The position numbers and the translations under genes are program-made. Under the pieces are notes generated by a model that searched no databases, had not been told where the DNA came from, and saw only the letters and a program-made list of their open reading frames with translations. Shown in pieces: positions 36,452-53,498 of a stretch of 64,000 nt of DNA. The stretch's first letter is position 1. Every line of letters begins with the position of its first letter. Source of the DNA: Dendrobates tinctorius (Eukaryota); the NCBI RefSeq assembly GCF_039654945.1, contig NW_027361686.1, positions 9,548,001 through 9,612,000 of the forward strand. Direction: 5' to 3'.

Positions 36452-37858
36452 ACTGCATGTAAAAATAATAAAAATCATTAGTACATACATAATTTAAAAG
36501 GACAGGCATATAATGTAATATACTCACATTCTTCGCTGATATAATGTGTTCTTGGTTGAATGTCTGCTCTTCAATCTGTCTAGTGTAGTAGTGGCAGAGT
36601 TTTGGCAGGCACCTCCTTTATATAGCCTTTTTTTTTTGGACTTTAGAAGATTCTAACTAGGATAAAAAGTGGACACCACCCAAAAAACGCTGCGCTAAAA
36701 AAGCGCATACCTGCGCATGCCAGTGCGCACGTATGCGCATCCATAGGCTATAATGGCCATTTTTAGCGCAAAACGTGCGCATACGTGCGCATGCGATTTT
36801 TTCAAGGGCCAAAAAATGCAACATGCAGCGTCTGGAAAATACCATCGCACACCCCAAAAAAACGCAGCGCATGAAAATCGCATACATGCGCTTACAAGTG
36901 CGCAGGTATGCGCACCCATGTTAAATATAGGGGAAAAATCGCATGCGCACGTATGCGTTTTTTTCCAGCGCTAAAAAACGCAAATGTGAAACCAGCCTTA
37001 GACCTTGAAAATCCTACCCTGTTGAAAATCTCTCTCTCTCTCCCCCTCTGTCTCTCTCTCTCCCCCCTCTGTCTCTCTCCTCTCCCCCTCTGTCTCTCTC
37101 CTCTCTCTCTCCCTCACATTATTCATTTTCGGGACTTGGGTGCCACAATTATTAGTAAGATGAATAGTATGGATTATCAGTTATAAAAATTGGTCTGATT
37201 TGCAACACCAGAATTAGACTGATCCCGAAAAACAAATTTGATAAATATCCTAGTACTGTGGTGTGACATCTTGGATGCCAGTCACCTATCCAAGTCAATG
37301 GTTGCACGAAAGAAATCTGATTGCACGTGGAAGAGATCAGTTCGTGCGCCGTTATTCACGGATCATTGCTAAGCAATAGTCTTGAGCGATATTTTCTGTC
37401 ACACAGCCGGAAGAAGAGGACATGTGTGTGATGACATGGCCAGCAGACACTTCGCACACAGAAGATAGAAGAGATTTATTTATTTTTCTAAAGTGATGAG
37501 CGAACCTGTAACAAACATCACCAGTTCGATGTAGTCGACCCCAAATGGGCGATGTTCGGTACGGACCCCGAATCATCACTTATTACACTCTATTAGGAAA
37601 TAAGGGTGAGGGTCTTGCTCATAAAAACCCTTTAGTGAATTCAACCCTTTTCCCCCTCTCTTGGACACAGACTGGCAATCTTAGGAGCATTCAGTACATT
37701 AAGTTGAAGACTCCAATTCCAAAATATCAGGATTGGGACCTCCATTTTAGAAGGTAGGTACTTTTCTCTCTATTACACATTAGACAATGCACTATTCTCA
37801 CACTTATTTTCACAACCATCACCATTTTTAACTACAGAATTTTACTATCTTTTAATAG

Positions 37859-40800
37859 ATGCATTCAACACACAAGTCTGGTGCTCAGAAAAGAAAAGAC
37901 CAACATTTAAGAGAACAACAACAAAGATATGAGGTTTCTAAAATGACCAAGTTAGGCCTCTTTCACACATCAGTTTTTCGCCGTCAGGCACGATCCGGCT
38001 TTTTTTTGTAAAACTGGATCCGGCAAAATGCAATGCCGGATCCAGTTTTTCCCCATTGACTTGCATTAGCGCCGGATCGCGCCGGATGGCATTGCGTTTC
38101 ATCCGTTTTTTGCCGGATCCGGCTACTTGTCTCATTCCGGCGTCTGGAAAAAACGGCTAATGTAACGTTTTTTGTCTCCGGCGAAAAAGCCGGAAGCGCC
38201 GGATCTGACGCTTCCGGCTTTTTGCCACAATGAAAGTCTATAGGCGCCGGAATGCGCCAGATCCAGAAAAAGACGGATCCAGCCACCGGATCCGTTTTTT
38301 TAAGTCTGCGCATGCTCAGATCCAATTGGCCAGCCCCCAGGAAACAGATATAACCTGCTAGACGGATCCGGCAGAAAAACGGATCCGTTTCTACAGTTCT
38401 CCAAAATTTATGCCGGATCCGTTTTTTCTAAAAATAGCCGGATCCTGCCTGACAGCAAAAAACTGATGTGTGAAAGTAGCCTAAGATACATTTTTTAAAA
38501 AGAAAACTCAAACGGAACAACACCAAGAGCCGAGCAGCAGTGAAGCTTCTACATCTGCATCTGTCGCAACTAATATATCTATTGACTCAGAGTTAGCTGA
38601 TGCTGTGTTAGACATTCAAAGAGATCCAGTGGAAAGTGTTGAAGAGCTAGGTGCACATGTGGAAATGTTGCAATTTCCTTGTGATATTGGATTGTGGGGA
38701 GAAAATATCTCCAAAGAATTGTTGGAGTATTGGGTTATAAAGGGAAGCAAACTTTGCAAAAATGCTGATGCTGACTTTAAAGTCTCTGGTGTTTTGACAA
38801 TTGAGGGATATTATCGCTACTGCAAAAAATCATTCTTCACCCATGTTAACCCCAAAACAAAAGAAATATCCGAAAGAAATTGGTTATGTTATTCACCATC
38901 TGATGGAAAATTATATTGTTTTCCATGCAAACTGATTGCCAGTAAACGTTGCCTTTTTACTCTTGGATTTAATGACTGGAAACATGCAGAGGATCGGCTT
39001 TTTCGGCATGAAAGTAGTGATACTCACAAACAATCTGTCTTATCAATAGTGGCAAGAGGTCAAAGCTCTGGACGAGTTGATAGTCAGATAATTTTGCAAT
39101 TGGAGGGTGAAACGCTGTACTGGCGTAAGGTACTTAAGAGAAGTCTCATTGTTATCCAGCACCTGGCTGAACGAGGCCTTCCACTGAGAGGCAAAGATGA
39201 AATTATTGGTTCTCCCCACAATGGCAATTACTTAGGGATCTTAGAAGTTATGGCAAATGTAGATGAATTTCTAGATGAACACATCAAACAATATGCCAAC
39301 AAAGGTAAAGGCCACACATCTTTCCTCTACTGTCTGTGAAGAACTCATACAAATCTTGGGAACAAAAGTTCTGTGTATAATTGTACAGGAGATAAAGAAA
39401 GCCAAATTTTATTCCATATCTGTAGATTCTACACCTGACATCACCCACCGTGATCAACTAACCTTCATTGTACGATATGTTTTACCAAGTGGGCCTGTGG
39501 AGCGGTTTTTGCAGTTTCTACCAGTTCTTGGTCACAGTGGCAAAAACATTGCAAAACTAATTTTAGATTTCTTGAGCAAACATAAAATTGACATTAAAGA
39601 TTGTGGAGGACAATCTTATGATAATGCAGCTAACATGAGTGGCAAGTACATTGGTGTCCAAACAATTATAAGAGAGCAGTGCCCTTATGCAACATATATT
39701 CCATGTGCTGCACACTCTCTCAACTTAGTGGGTAAAAACAGTGCTGAGTGCAACATAGTTGTTTACAGATTTTTTTAACAATCTTGAGCTGCTTTATGTT
39801 TTCTTTTCAACTTCATGTCATAGATGGAGACTGCTGGTGGAGAAACAGAAAGCTTTAGGACTACCAGTTGTCAAGCATCTGTCTGCTACAAGATGGTCTG
39901 CCAGATATGATGCTGTATCAGCACTTTGCAAAAGTTATGAGTCTATCTGCAGTCTGCTAGAATGCATGTCCTCTGACCCAGACTACAGTTCATGCAAAAA
40001 TGAAGCTAGCTCTTTGCTGGATAAATTGTCAGAATTGGATTCTACTATTCTTGTTGTTTTTGGAACACCATTTTGGAAAGATTTCATAAAACAAATTTGT
40101 CACTGCAAAAAGCCGGTTTGAATTTAAACACTGTTGTTGCTCTACTGAAGTCTCTTTCAACCTTCGTACAGAGTCAACGAGAAGAATTTGAACACTACGA
40201 AAAAGCAGCAATTAAGTTGTGTGGCCATAATGAATACAGTGCTTCTCAGAAACGGTTTCGGCCACGTAATCGACGTTATGATCATGGAGAAGGAGAAAAC
40301 ACTGTACTCACACCAAGGGAAAAGTTTAAAATTGAAGTTTTTAACACTGTAATTGATCACTTATATAATGGTTTACAGCAACGTCTGGAGGCTTATAGTG
40401 ATGTGTGCTCCAAGTTTGGATTCTTATCTAATCTGTGTACGCTGTCCACTCACGAAATTCGTATAGCTGCTGAAAATTTGGGTCAGTCATATCCAGAAGA
40501 CTTAATGCCAGGTGTGACAGAAACTGAGCTGATTCAGTTTGCAAGTTTTCTTCGGTCCAAGTCACAATCAATAACATGCTGTGGTGATAAAGGAGCCGAA
40601 CTCCAGATGTTCTTTTTTCTTCATCAACATGGCCTCACGCAAACATTTTTCAATACAGAGATAATTCTGAGACTATATATATGCATGATGGTTTCAAACT
40701 GCACAGGTGAGAGATCCTTTTCAAAACTTAAACGAATTAAAAATGAGTTGAGGAGTCAAATGGGACAAGACAGACTCAATCATCTCTCTTTAATGAGCAT

Positions 40801-40885
40801 TGAACAAGAGCTTTTGAAGAGTCTAGACCTCTCAGAAATCATCAACGACTTTAGCACCAAAAAATCTCGCCGAAAAAGTCTGTGA
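37859..40885 (+). pseudogene. hAT transposase (ZMYM1-like), three frameshifts and a MITE insertion
   Basis: MHSTHKSGAQKRK N-terminus, RNWLCYS..YCFPC, ISVDSTPD, GQSYDNAANMSG, CAAHSLNL, ATRWS, GERSFSKLKRIKNELRS. Confidence 0.92.
37955..38481. mobile_element. Harbinger-type MITE inside the hAT transposase gene
   Basis: GGCCTCTTTCACACATCAGTT / AACTGATGTGTGAAAGTAGCC; TTA/TAA flanks. Confidence 0.88.
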
Positions 40886-42072
40886 GCAGTTCTTCAGTGT
40901 CAAAAAAAATCCGAGTTTCTAGTCCATTAAGAAATTGTTGCCTGTGCTCATTGCACTTTTCCTGTTAGGCTACCACCCACACAGATATACATCTGTATAG
41001 ATGAATAATTATGTTGAATTATTGTTTAATATTATGTTTACATGTTCTTACTTGCACTTACATGTGGTACGGTGAATGTAGCCTTATGTTTACCTTGTAT
41101 GAAGAAATACAGGCCAGTATATACCACATTATATATTTTGACTGTTGATTTTGAGGAATATTTAATATTATTTATATTGTTTGACCATACAATACAATTT
41201 CTTGTGAGAAAAAAGTAATTTTTCTTTGTTTTTATGGTCTAATAAATGTCACAATTTGTATACCTAAAAATCAGCATATGCAGTGTTTTTGTGAGAAGAG
41301 CCACAAAATTTTGACAGAAAATGTTTTCCTGGGAAGTGGGGTACAGGGGCCCAGGTTTTATGAACAGCCCCGGGCCCATAGTCCACTTAATCCGCCACTG
41401 GAAATAGTTGTGCGGATTGTAGGCAGCCTGTTTCTTTTAGTGTTTTAGAGAAATTAGGGGGAATTTTGGGTTCACTATGTAAGGTGAAGTTTGAAGGCTG
41501 TCTTTTTCGGTTAGCATTTTCCCTTGCTTTGTTTGGGGCGTTGAAAGTTGGTGAAGTGGTATCGCCTAGCAAAAGTATAGGAGAGCACCTAGCTAGGGAT
41601 GTTGTGGTTACATCGACTGTTTTAGAGTTTTGGATCTGAAGGTCCAAAACTGACCAGGAGGGTAAGGGTAAGCGTGTAATTTTGGGTGCAATAAAGGATT
41701 CTTTGATGTGTCCGGTAACGTGTTTTCAGTGTTTTAATGTTTTTCATCCCAGTCGTGAGGGTCCCTTGCTGTGACAGGTTTTTCTTGTCTGAATACCAAT
41801 TTACCACGGTATTTATGAAGGGTTTGCAGTTGTTGGGTTTGGATGCATCCCACTTTGCACCTAACTCATTTTCTATAGGAGTTGCGACAGAGGCGGCGGT
41901 GTGTGGGCTTGGTGAGGAAGTGGTGCAGCAAATTCGGAGGTGGGGGTCAATGCGTTATCGCAGTTACATTAGGCCTCAGGGGTTGGATGCTGAATTTCAG
42001 AACTGAGGTAAATTGTGGGGAAGTGGTTTATTGTAGTTAGGCTGGTGTTTAAAGCCTTATGTTTTGTTTCAG

Positions 42073-44280
<2,208 letters not shown>

Positions 44281-47200
44281 TGTAGGGGAGTTTCGGATAT
44301 TTGAGGTGGTCAAAGGCCCTCATTGTAGCGGTTGGGGGAGTCGTTGAAGTTGGTTATAAATTAGTCTGGGGGATCAATTGGAATATGGATTCCTCTATTT
44401 GGAATTTAAATATGGTCCTGGATCTGGTGAATTTTTTGGTGGAGTTTCGGAAAGGGTTTGTCGGATCCCCTGGGAAGTTAAGTGAACAATGGAACCCTTG
44501 TGGCTATGGTGCTTCTGAGCTAGAGGGGTTATGGCTGGGAGTAATTTATGGTATCTTTTACGTTCACTTTTGTATGTTTGGTAATCACCAGATTTTGGAG
44601 CTTCACGGACCCTTATTATCATTGTATGTTTGTTTCAAATAAAGGTTGCTGTAGCCATAATTATCTAAAGAAGTGGTTTTCTCATTTTATTTTATTGGGA
44701 ATTAAAGGGGTGGTGTTATTAGTTAATCGGGATAATAATGAGTTGGGTAATCCCACCGTAAACATCGACAATACCACTGTCAAGGTTGAACCGAATGTGG
44801 CTTATAAGCTTGATAAGCGCTGTTGATTACTATAGAACAGGTATCGTTTGTATTGTTATACTAGCACCTGTACAGAATACCAATAGTTTCAGAAGCAAAA
44901 TCATCCTGATAGATTACTTTTAAATCTTACAGTCTCTTTCTGACCCTAGGAAACCTCGCTGATAGATGGCTGTTCTCTCCCACTTGTGGAATCCTCTGAT
45001 CCACGAATCTCTGGCCATCTATTACTGTTCTGCTTTATGTTGCATAGAGGCTCTTGCCACAAAAAGGATCAAACCTTTCTCAGAGACCCTTCCAAGCAAC
45101 TCCAGGGCATGACTGTAACAATGTCTAATGGGTGTCGATCGCACCACCCCAGCTTCACTATGGGGGGTTATGGAAACCTTGACCCGTCACTATGTTGGAC
45201 CCATCTCCCACTTGCCACATACGTCACTCACCACTTTGTCATTGGGTTCATAGTTACCAGCTTATTTGGATCTATGCCCATGGCTACTGCATCCTAAATT
45301 CAATCCCATTTACACTGACTTCCCTTTGGATACTCTCCTCACTGTCATCCATGGTTTCCTTCCTCCTCCTGACAGTTTCTCTCTGCTACTAAGTCTGCAG
45401 TCTCTCTGCTTAGCTTTAGTGACTCAACAAACTCTTTCACGTACATGGAGCCAACCCTGACAAATATTCCAGCACAGTGAGTGTATGTTTGTCCAAAATG
45501 GCATCACTGGGCCTGAACACTGTCAACAAAATGCTACTTTTCATCGAGCCTCTCTGGTCCCTCAACAGTAGTCAGAATTATTAATTTAGTAGGAACAGTA
45601 ATTTCAATTGAGCAAAAAGATTTGCCAGACACAGACCGAGGTCTGGAGTTTACACCATTACTCCGTGACATCCAGATCAGGGAAGTGCGATCTTCCACTA
45701 ATGCTGCCATCCTGTGATTACTAGGCACTGGTAATGTCCTGACATTGCATAAGGTCTAGTCACTGGGTCTCATAAGATGTCATGAAATGCTTCCCACCAC
45801 AACATCTTAACGTCACAAGGTAATCACAAGAGGTGCCAGGGATGTTGATACTCAAGATTTCTGAGGAGGTTCGCATTACGCTAGCACTACTGCCACAGAG
45901 TGATGGCATGGACACAGGATATATATATGATACATACATTATAATTCAGCAGCTTTCATGTCTGTGCGGCAATGATGCAGTGACCCAAGAACGTTCAACT
46001 TAAATGTCTTTATTGTCAAAACTCACACAATTAAGGCAAATGTTATCCTCCGGATTGCAGCTGGGTTGCCCATAATAGTCCATATCAAACCTGTTGCTGT
46101 GGGCGACAGTGCCACCGTATCACTCGTGGGTGCATCAGTGGCTTTGCCTTCTCTGGCCTATGTTCAGTCTCAAACAGAAATGTACTGCACAGAGCTCCCT
46201 GCTCAGATGCTTGCAAACAACACACTGACACACCCAAACCTTAACTGAAAGATTAAATGGGTTTTGTGGACATGGTCCAAACCGAAGACCCGGAGTAGAG
46301 GGAGAGATCCACCTCACTACCAATCCTGCACATTCCTTAGAAAATAAAAATAAAATGTTGGGTTTTCTGAAAATCTGACTTGATCAAATGGTATGACGTT
46401 AGTAGAGTAGCTACCGTGGGAGCAGAGGGGGCGGTTGCCCAGGGCCCCGTGCTTTGAGGGGGCCCAACTGGAGCTCCACTACTGTAACTGTATTGGCATG
46501 CACATCGCCCATGCAGTTACATTCTATGGCAGAGCAGGGAGAATCGATCTCATTGCTCTGCCACCCGGCTGCTATGGGGCCCCTGAGCATGCGGTGGGGG
46601 CCCGGTGCCCGCAGTGGTCCCCCGCCTGGCATCGCAGCATCACTGTATCGGCCTGATCCTGTAGGGAAAAAGGACTTTCTGATAATTTCTACATGTCATA
46701 ATAGGACGATAGGATGGCAGCATCATGACTGTAGAGGACCTCCCTGATCTCTGACAATGTGATTCTGCCGTATGTCCACACATCAATAAAGGATTCCATG
46801 GTGTCCAGTGTAGTTGTCACAGGGTTGTCGCAGCCGAGCGGAGCCAGAAGACGACAGCATCTGGTTGCTCCTACTCCGTAGCTGAGAAGAAGCACTTCTC
46901 CAGTTCATTAAACGTGTTGATTTCTTCCAGCAGAACAGGGGTTAATTGGCAATGTTGGAAATCCCTGTGTTAAGCTGTGCTCAGTTAGTCATTCCTTTTC
47001 CCTATAAAATATGAGCTCTATTAACTAGTCCTTGTCAGAGTTAGCACTTGCTGAATGAGGAGGGAAAGAAGTTGGTATGAGGAGTGCTGGAGTAATTACA
47101 GTTGCGCTCAAAAATTTACATGCTCGCACAGAATTTTTGCTTTATTGACCTTTTTTCAGAGAATATGAATGATAACACCAAACCTTTTTACCACTCATGG

Positions 47201-47732
47201 TTAGTGGTTGGATGAAGCCATTTATTGTCAAACTACTGTGTTTTCTTTTTTAAGTCATAATGACAACCCAAAACATCCAAATGACCCTGATCAATAGTTT
47301 ACATACCCCATTTGTATTGCCCCCTCTAACGTCAATGACAGGCCACAACAGAGCATGAGAACCACAAGACGGATTTCATCACCCAGGTATCATTTTAATC
47401 AGTATAACAGCGCCAACCTGACACTGTTTGTAGGTTACTGTGCACAATCCTGCTGACAGGTTCCCATTAACTCTTCTAGCTATGTCCTTGAAAAGAAAAC
47501 AAAAGAAGGTGGTTCTAGAGAGTTATGAATGCTATCTATCTATCACATATCTATTTATCTATCTATCCATCATATATCTATCAATGTATCTATCTATCTA
47601 TTTAGCTATCATCTATCTATCTCATATCTACAGTGGGTACAGAAAGTATTCAGACCCCTTTAAATTTTTCACTCTGATTCATTGCAGCCATTTGGTAAAT
47701 TCAAAAAAGTTCATTTTTTTCTCATTAGTGTA

Positions 47733-49299
47733 CAGTCATGGCCAAAAGTTTTGAGAATGACACAAATATTAATTTTTACAAAGTCTACTGCTTCATGTTT
47801 TCTAATGGCAATTTGCATATACTCCAGAATGTTATAAAGAGTGATCAGCTTAACAGCAATTACTTGCAAAGTCAATATTTGCCTAGAAAATTAACTTTAA
47901 CCCCCAAAACACATTTTAACATCATTGCAGCCCTGCCTTAAAAGGACCAGCTAACATCGTTTCAGTGATTGCTCCATTAACACAGGTGTGGGTGTTGATG
48001 AGGACAGGGCTGGAGATCAATCTGTCATGATTAAGTAAGAATGACACCACTGGACACTTTAAAAGGAGGCTGGTGCTTGGCATCATTGTTTCTCTTCTGT
48101 TAACCATAGTTATCTCTAAAGAAACACGTGCAGTCATCATTGCACTGCACAAAAATGGTCTAACAGGGAACAGTATCGCAGCTAGAAAGATTGCACCTCA
48201 GTCAACAATCTATCGCATCATCAAGAACTTCAAGGAGAGAGGTTCCCTTGTTGCCAAACAGGCTCCAGGGCGCCCAAGAAAGACCAGCAAGCGCCAGGAC
48301 CGTCTCTTAAAAGTGTTTCAGCTGTGGGATCGGGCTACCAGCAGTGCAGAGCTTGCTCAGGAATGGCAGCAGGCAGGTGTGAGTGCATCTGCACGCACTG
48401 TGAGGCGGAGACTCTTGGAGCAAGGCCTGGTCTCAAGGAGGGCAGCAAAGAAGCCACTTCTCTCCAGAAAAAACATCATGGACAGACTGATATTCTGCAA
48501 GAGGTACAGGGAGTGGACTGCTGAGGACTGGGGTAAAGTCATTTTCTCTGATGAATCCCCTTTTCGATTGTTTGGGACATCTGGAAAACGGCTTATTCGG
48601 AGAAGACCAGGTGAGCGCTACCACCAGTCTTGTCTCATGCCAACTGTCAAGCATCCTGAAACCATTCATGTGTGGGGTTGCTTCTCAGCCAAGGGAATGG
48701 GCTCGCTCTCAGTCTTGCCTAAAAACACAGCCATGAATAAAGAATGGTACCAGAATGTCCTCCAAGAGCAACTTCTCCCAACCATCCAAGAGCAGTTTGG
48801 CGATCAACAATGCCTTTTTCAACATGATGGAGCACCTTGCCATAAAGCAAAGGTGATAACTAAATGGCTCAGGGAACAAAACATAGAGATTTTGGGACCA
48901 TGGCCTGGAAACTGCCCAGATCTTAATCCCATTGAGAACTTGTGGTCAATCATCAAGAGACGGGTGGACAAACAAAAACCTTCAAATTCAGACAAAATAA
49001 AAGCATTGATTTTGCAAGAATGGACTGCTATCAGTCAGGATTTGATCCAGAAGTTGATTGAGAGCATGCCAGGGAGAATTGCTGAGGTCCTGAAGAAGAA
49101 GGGTCAACACTGCAAATATTGACTTGCTGCATTAACTCATTCTAACTGTCAATATAACCTTTTGTTACTCATAATATGATTGCAATTATATTTCTGTATG
49201 TGATAAAAACATCTGACAAACACACATAAAAACCAGAGGGCAGCAGATCATGTGAAAATATAATATTTGTGTCATTCTTAAAACTTTTGGCCATGACTG
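47733..49299 (+). mobile_element. Young Tc1 (DD34E), 1567 bp; open frame 48106-49122 but start codon reads ATA
   Basis: TIR CAGTCATGGCCAAAAGTTT; TA TSD; FSDES, QHDGAPCH, PDLNPIENLW. Confidence 0.96.
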
Positions 49300-49429
49300 T
49301 ACACTCTGCACCCCATCTTGACTGAAAAAAACAGAAATGTAGAAATTTTTGCAAATTTATTAAAAAAGAAAAATGAACTATCACAGGGTCATAAGTATTA
49401 AGACCCTTTGCTCAGAGACTCATATTTAA

Positions 49430-49824
49430 AAGGAATCTGTCACCTATTTTTTGGCATATAAGATGCGGCCACCTCCATCAGGGGCTTATCTACAGCATTC
49501 TGTAATGTTGTAAATAAGCCCCCGATGTAACCTGAAAGATAAGAAAAACGAGTTATATTATACTCACCCAGGGGCGGTCCGGGTCTGGTCCGGGTCCGAT
49601 GGGTGTCGCGGTCCGGGTCCGGCTCCTCCCATCTTCTAGCGATGACGTCCTCTTCTTTGCTTCCCGTCGTGGCTCCGGCGCAGGCGTACTGCCCTGCCCT
49701 GTTGAGGGCAGAGCCTGGTACTGCAGTGCGCAGGAGCCGGACCTCTCTGACCAGAATGCTGTAGATAAGACCCTGATGGCAGTGGCTGCATCTTATATGC
49801 CAAAAAATAGGTGACATATTCCCT
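49430..49824. mobile_element. TTAA-targeting (T2/Kolobok-type) MITE
   Basis: AAGGAATCTGTCACCTATTTTTTGGCATATAAGATGC.. and its inverse; TTAA flanks. Confidence 0.85.
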
Positions 49825-50022
49825 TTAAGTCACATGCTGTCCATTTCCTTGTGATCCTCCTTGAGATGGTTCTACTTCTTCATTGGCGTCTAGCTGTGTT
49901 TAGTTAAACTGATAGGACTTGATTTGTAAAGGCACACACCTGTCTATATAAGACCTCACAGCTCACAGTGCATGTCAGACCAAATGAAAATCATAACGTC
50001 AAAGGAACTGGCCAAGGAGCTC

Positions 50023-51773
50023 TGTTCTGCCCATTTATGTGCAGCAAGTTAATTCATAGTGTAGCATCAGTTATAACCATTAGAGGTTAGTAGGTACCCA
50101 TTTGTCCTTTTCCTGGATACAGGAACATTTCCCCTTTAACAAGTAATGTATTCTGATTAGTACTGCCCCCTTAGTTTCCCAGGCAAAGAAGGCTTCCAGA
50201 CATTTCCCGGGCTTTCCTGAGTGATTCACATGTACTCCAGGCTCTGTCTCCCTACAAATCACTGCTCCTGACCAGCGGATTCCGGTGAGGGTCAAATGTA
50301 CCTGTGTGTTTATGCAAGAATCTGTATATGAAGCCACCATGTAATATACTGTGTAGTGACATATCCTGCAGCTTAATTATAATGCTCTTTGCACTGCATC
50401 ATTTCTGTATAGCGTGCTAGCAGTGTGACTTGCTCTAGGTGTTAGGGACGGCGGAGCGCACTAAATATAAATAATAGGAAGTGCGTTCGCCGCCCGGGGT
50501 CCACCGTGCAGTAGGTGTAACAACCGCTGCTGAGTAATGGCAGACTCGCTATATAGCGGTATACTGCGCTCGGGTTAAACGTCACCCAAGGTGCGCAGAG
50601 CGGACTCTGTTAAACTCACAGAGGTGCTTTAGTACAAATAAAGCATAAACGCTGAGCCTGTTGGCTTCACAGGTCTCAGCTGGCATGCACACACAGTATA
50701 TGGTCACAAGACACGGCCCAAGGCAGAGGTCGGTGTCCGTCTTGACCTACCGTGCGTGCGGCGTAGCTACCGCGGACGCCAGTAAATGCTGCTAACTGCA
50801 GCGCGGCGGTAACTACTGTCGCTGTACGACAGTGCCGTGAGGCATCTCACTATCGAACGCTAGTGTAGCGCTGCAGTATGCACTGTGGCGTATGGCTTGC
50901 CACTGACTGGCATTGACTATAACTCTAATTCCCTATCCACATGCGTAATATCAGAGGGAAGGGGTTTCATAATGAGTCAGTCACCAGAATCATACATCCA
51001 TCACCATTCACACATAGCAAGTATAGTCTATACTAGCGCATGGGCGAGCGGCCATTCGGGCCTTTTATAGCCATGCGCTTCCGGGACCTTCCAGACCTCT
51101 GAGATGGGCCAATCAGATCAGGACAAGGACCTGAGCATGTGACCCCCGATCTCCACTGGGAGATCGTCTCGTGGGCATGCCCAGTAGCGCGGTGAGAGGA
51201 CTTAGCCTCTGGAGTGGTTTCCTGCAAAGCAGGTTGCGCTACCATTGCTGGTCCAGAGGAGGCAGCAACATCCAGACCCAGAGAGCTGGTCTGAGCAGGG
51301 CGCCTGGATTGCCGAGATTGCTGTGCAGGTCCCTGAGCGGTCGGAAAGGAAAAGGAGACCGCTGGATGTATGGCTCTGGATTCCCGCTGTGCAGCTGCAG
51401 GAATCCGACGCCTAACACTAGGTAGCCATTATAACTGCATTTCTGTGTTATGCTGTTGTTGTGCTATCTCTGCAATGTCCCAGTTGTTCATGTTAATTAC
51501 ATCCATGCTGTTGTCTCTGTAATGAGCGAACAACTGATACACTGTTATTTCCTTGTAGTTTTTACCATCTCATATTGTCCACTCCGTTATCGTCCATTAT
51601 ATCGTCCATATCATCACTATTGTTCACGTCATTGTTCACTATTACCAAGTTCACATCATCACCTCAATAAATATAGACTTAAGCATCCATACAGTCTGTG
51701 CACTAGGGAAGTGACGAGGGTTTAGCTGTATTCTGAAATCCACACAGCACCATACGTGGAGGAAGGCAGAGCA
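50023..51773. mobile_element. Solo LTR containing a second solo LTR
   Basis: TGTTCTGCC...GGCAGAGCA; 5-bp TSD AGCTC. Confidence 0.8.
50440..51417. mobile_element. Solo LTR
   Basis: TGTTAGG...CCTAACA; 5-bp TSD CTAGG. Confidence 0.88.
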
Positions 51774-53191
51774 AGCTCTCAGACAGAATTATGGCAAGGC
51801 ACAGATCTGGCCAAGGTTACAAAAGAATTTCTGCAGTACTCAAGGTTCCTAAGAGCCCAGTGGCCTTCATAATCCTTAAACAGAAGGAGATTTGGACCAT
51901 CAGAAGTCTTCCTAGACCTGGCCTTCCAGCCAAACTGAGCAATCGTGGGAGAAGAGCGTTGGTGAGAGAGGTAAGGAAGAACCCCAAGATCACTGTGGTA
52001 AGCTCCACAGATGCAGTAGGGAGATTGGAGAAAGTTCCACAAAGTCAACTATCACTGCAGCCTTCCACCAGTCGGGCCTTTATGGCAGAGTGGCCCAACG
52101 GAAGCCTCTCCTCAGTGCAAGACATATGAAAGCCCGCATTGTTTGCTAAAAAACACATGAAGGACTCCCAGACTATGAGAAATAAGATTCTCAGGTCTGA
52201 TGAGACGAAGATAAACCTTTTTGGTGATACTTCTAAGCAGTATGTGTGAAGAAAACCAGGCACTGCTCATCACCTGCCCAATACAATCCCAACAGTGAAA
52301 CATGGTGATGGCAGCATCATGCTATGGGGGTGTTTTCAGCTGCTCGAACAGGACGACTCATTGCCTTTGAAGGAAGCATGAATGCAGCCAAGTACAGCGA
52401 TATCCTGGATGAAATTCTCTTCCAGCGTGCTCTGGACCTCAGACTTGGCCGAAGGTTCACCTTCTAATAAGACAATGATCCTAAGCACACAGCTAAAATA
52501 ACAAAGGAGTGGCTTCAGAACAACTCTGTGACCATTCTTGACTGGCCCAGCCAGAGCCCTGACCTAAACCCAATTGAGCATCTCAGGAGAGACCTGAAAA
52601 TGGCTGTCCACCAACATTCACCATCCAACCTGATGGAACTGGAGAGAATCTGCAAGGAAGAATGGCAAAGGATCCCCCAAATCCAGGTGTGAAAAACTTC
52701 CTGCATCATTCCCAAAAAGACTCATGGCTGTACTATCTCAAAAGGGTGATTCTACTCAATACTGAGCAAAGGGTCTGAATACGTATGATCATGTGGTATT
52801 TCAGTTTTTCTTTTTTAATATATTTGCAAAAATTTTCTAAGTGTCTGTTTTTTTCAGTCAAGAAGGGGTGCAGAATTTACATTAATGAGAAAATAAATTA
52901 CTTTTTTGAATTTACCAAATGGCTGCACTGAAACAAAGAGTGAACAGTTTAAGGGGGTCTGAATACTTTTCGTACCCACTGTATCTATATATCTCATATC
53001 TCGCTATCTAATAATTGCTGTATTTATTATACCATATATACTTAGCATTTTGCTCTCCTTCTATCACCTACTTATAAAATCCCTTTCTGTCTATCCTTAA
53101 TTCTGTCTTCACTACTTAACGTAGATCTATTATTGTCAAAATAATGACTTCCATATCTGAATAACTGATAAGTTTATTTCTTCACAGAACA

Positions 53192-53402
53192 ATGCTCCTT
53201 CCTGTTAGTGTTATATTTTCCTTCATTATAAGTTCTTTACAAGTAGAAGATAATCAGATAACGTCACCTTGCTGTGGGACCCCTGGGATTCCTGGGGTTC
53301 CTGGGACGCCTGGCAACACAGGATTATCGGGAAGAGATGGTCGAGATGGTAGAGATGGAGCAGCAGGGATAAGCGGACCTAAAGGAGACCCTGGAGAGCC
53401 AG
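53192..53402 (+). CDS. C1QTNF5: C1q/TNF-related protein 5 (CTRP5), first coding exon (exon 53188-53402): signal peptide and start of collagen domain
   Basis: Acceptor TTTCTTCACAG at 53187; [29 protein letters not shown], then Gly-X-Y with [10 protein letters not shown]; phase-1 donor G|GTAAAA. Lies downstream of MFRP as in mammals. C1q exon not found in the window. Confidence 0.87.
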
Positions 53403-53498
53403 GTAAAAAACGGGGTGTGGTGCTGCTGTTTCATGTAAAAGGAAGTACTATACTGTAAACCTTTTTCAAAGCACAATGACCATAACCAATACATACAA

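Larger units (their letters stand above)
30036..36997 (+). mobile_element. Apparently intact autonomous PIF/Harbinger transposon with convergent transposase and MADF genes
   Basis: TIR GGCTAGTTTCACACTTGC / GCAAATGTGAAACCAGCC; TTA TSD (30033-30035 / 36998-37000); both genes splice into uninterrupted ORFs. Confidence 0.96.
26387..41400 (+). mobile_element. Large hAT transposon (ZMYM1-like/TTF zinc-finger transposase type) with nested insertions
   Basis: TIR CAGTGGCGGAT (26387) / ATCCGCCACTG (41400). Flanks rejoin as a continuous recombinase sequence (RGFRRG..NSCADCRQPVSF). No clean 8-bp TSD; an assembly gap lies inside. Confidence 0.8.
47631..52981 (+). mobile_element. Old Tc1 transposon carrying four nested insertions
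   Basis: TA-CAGTGGGTAC..AAAGTATTCAGACCCC and its inverse ending 52981-TA; decayed transposase ~49992-50022 and 51779-52764. Confidence 0.9.
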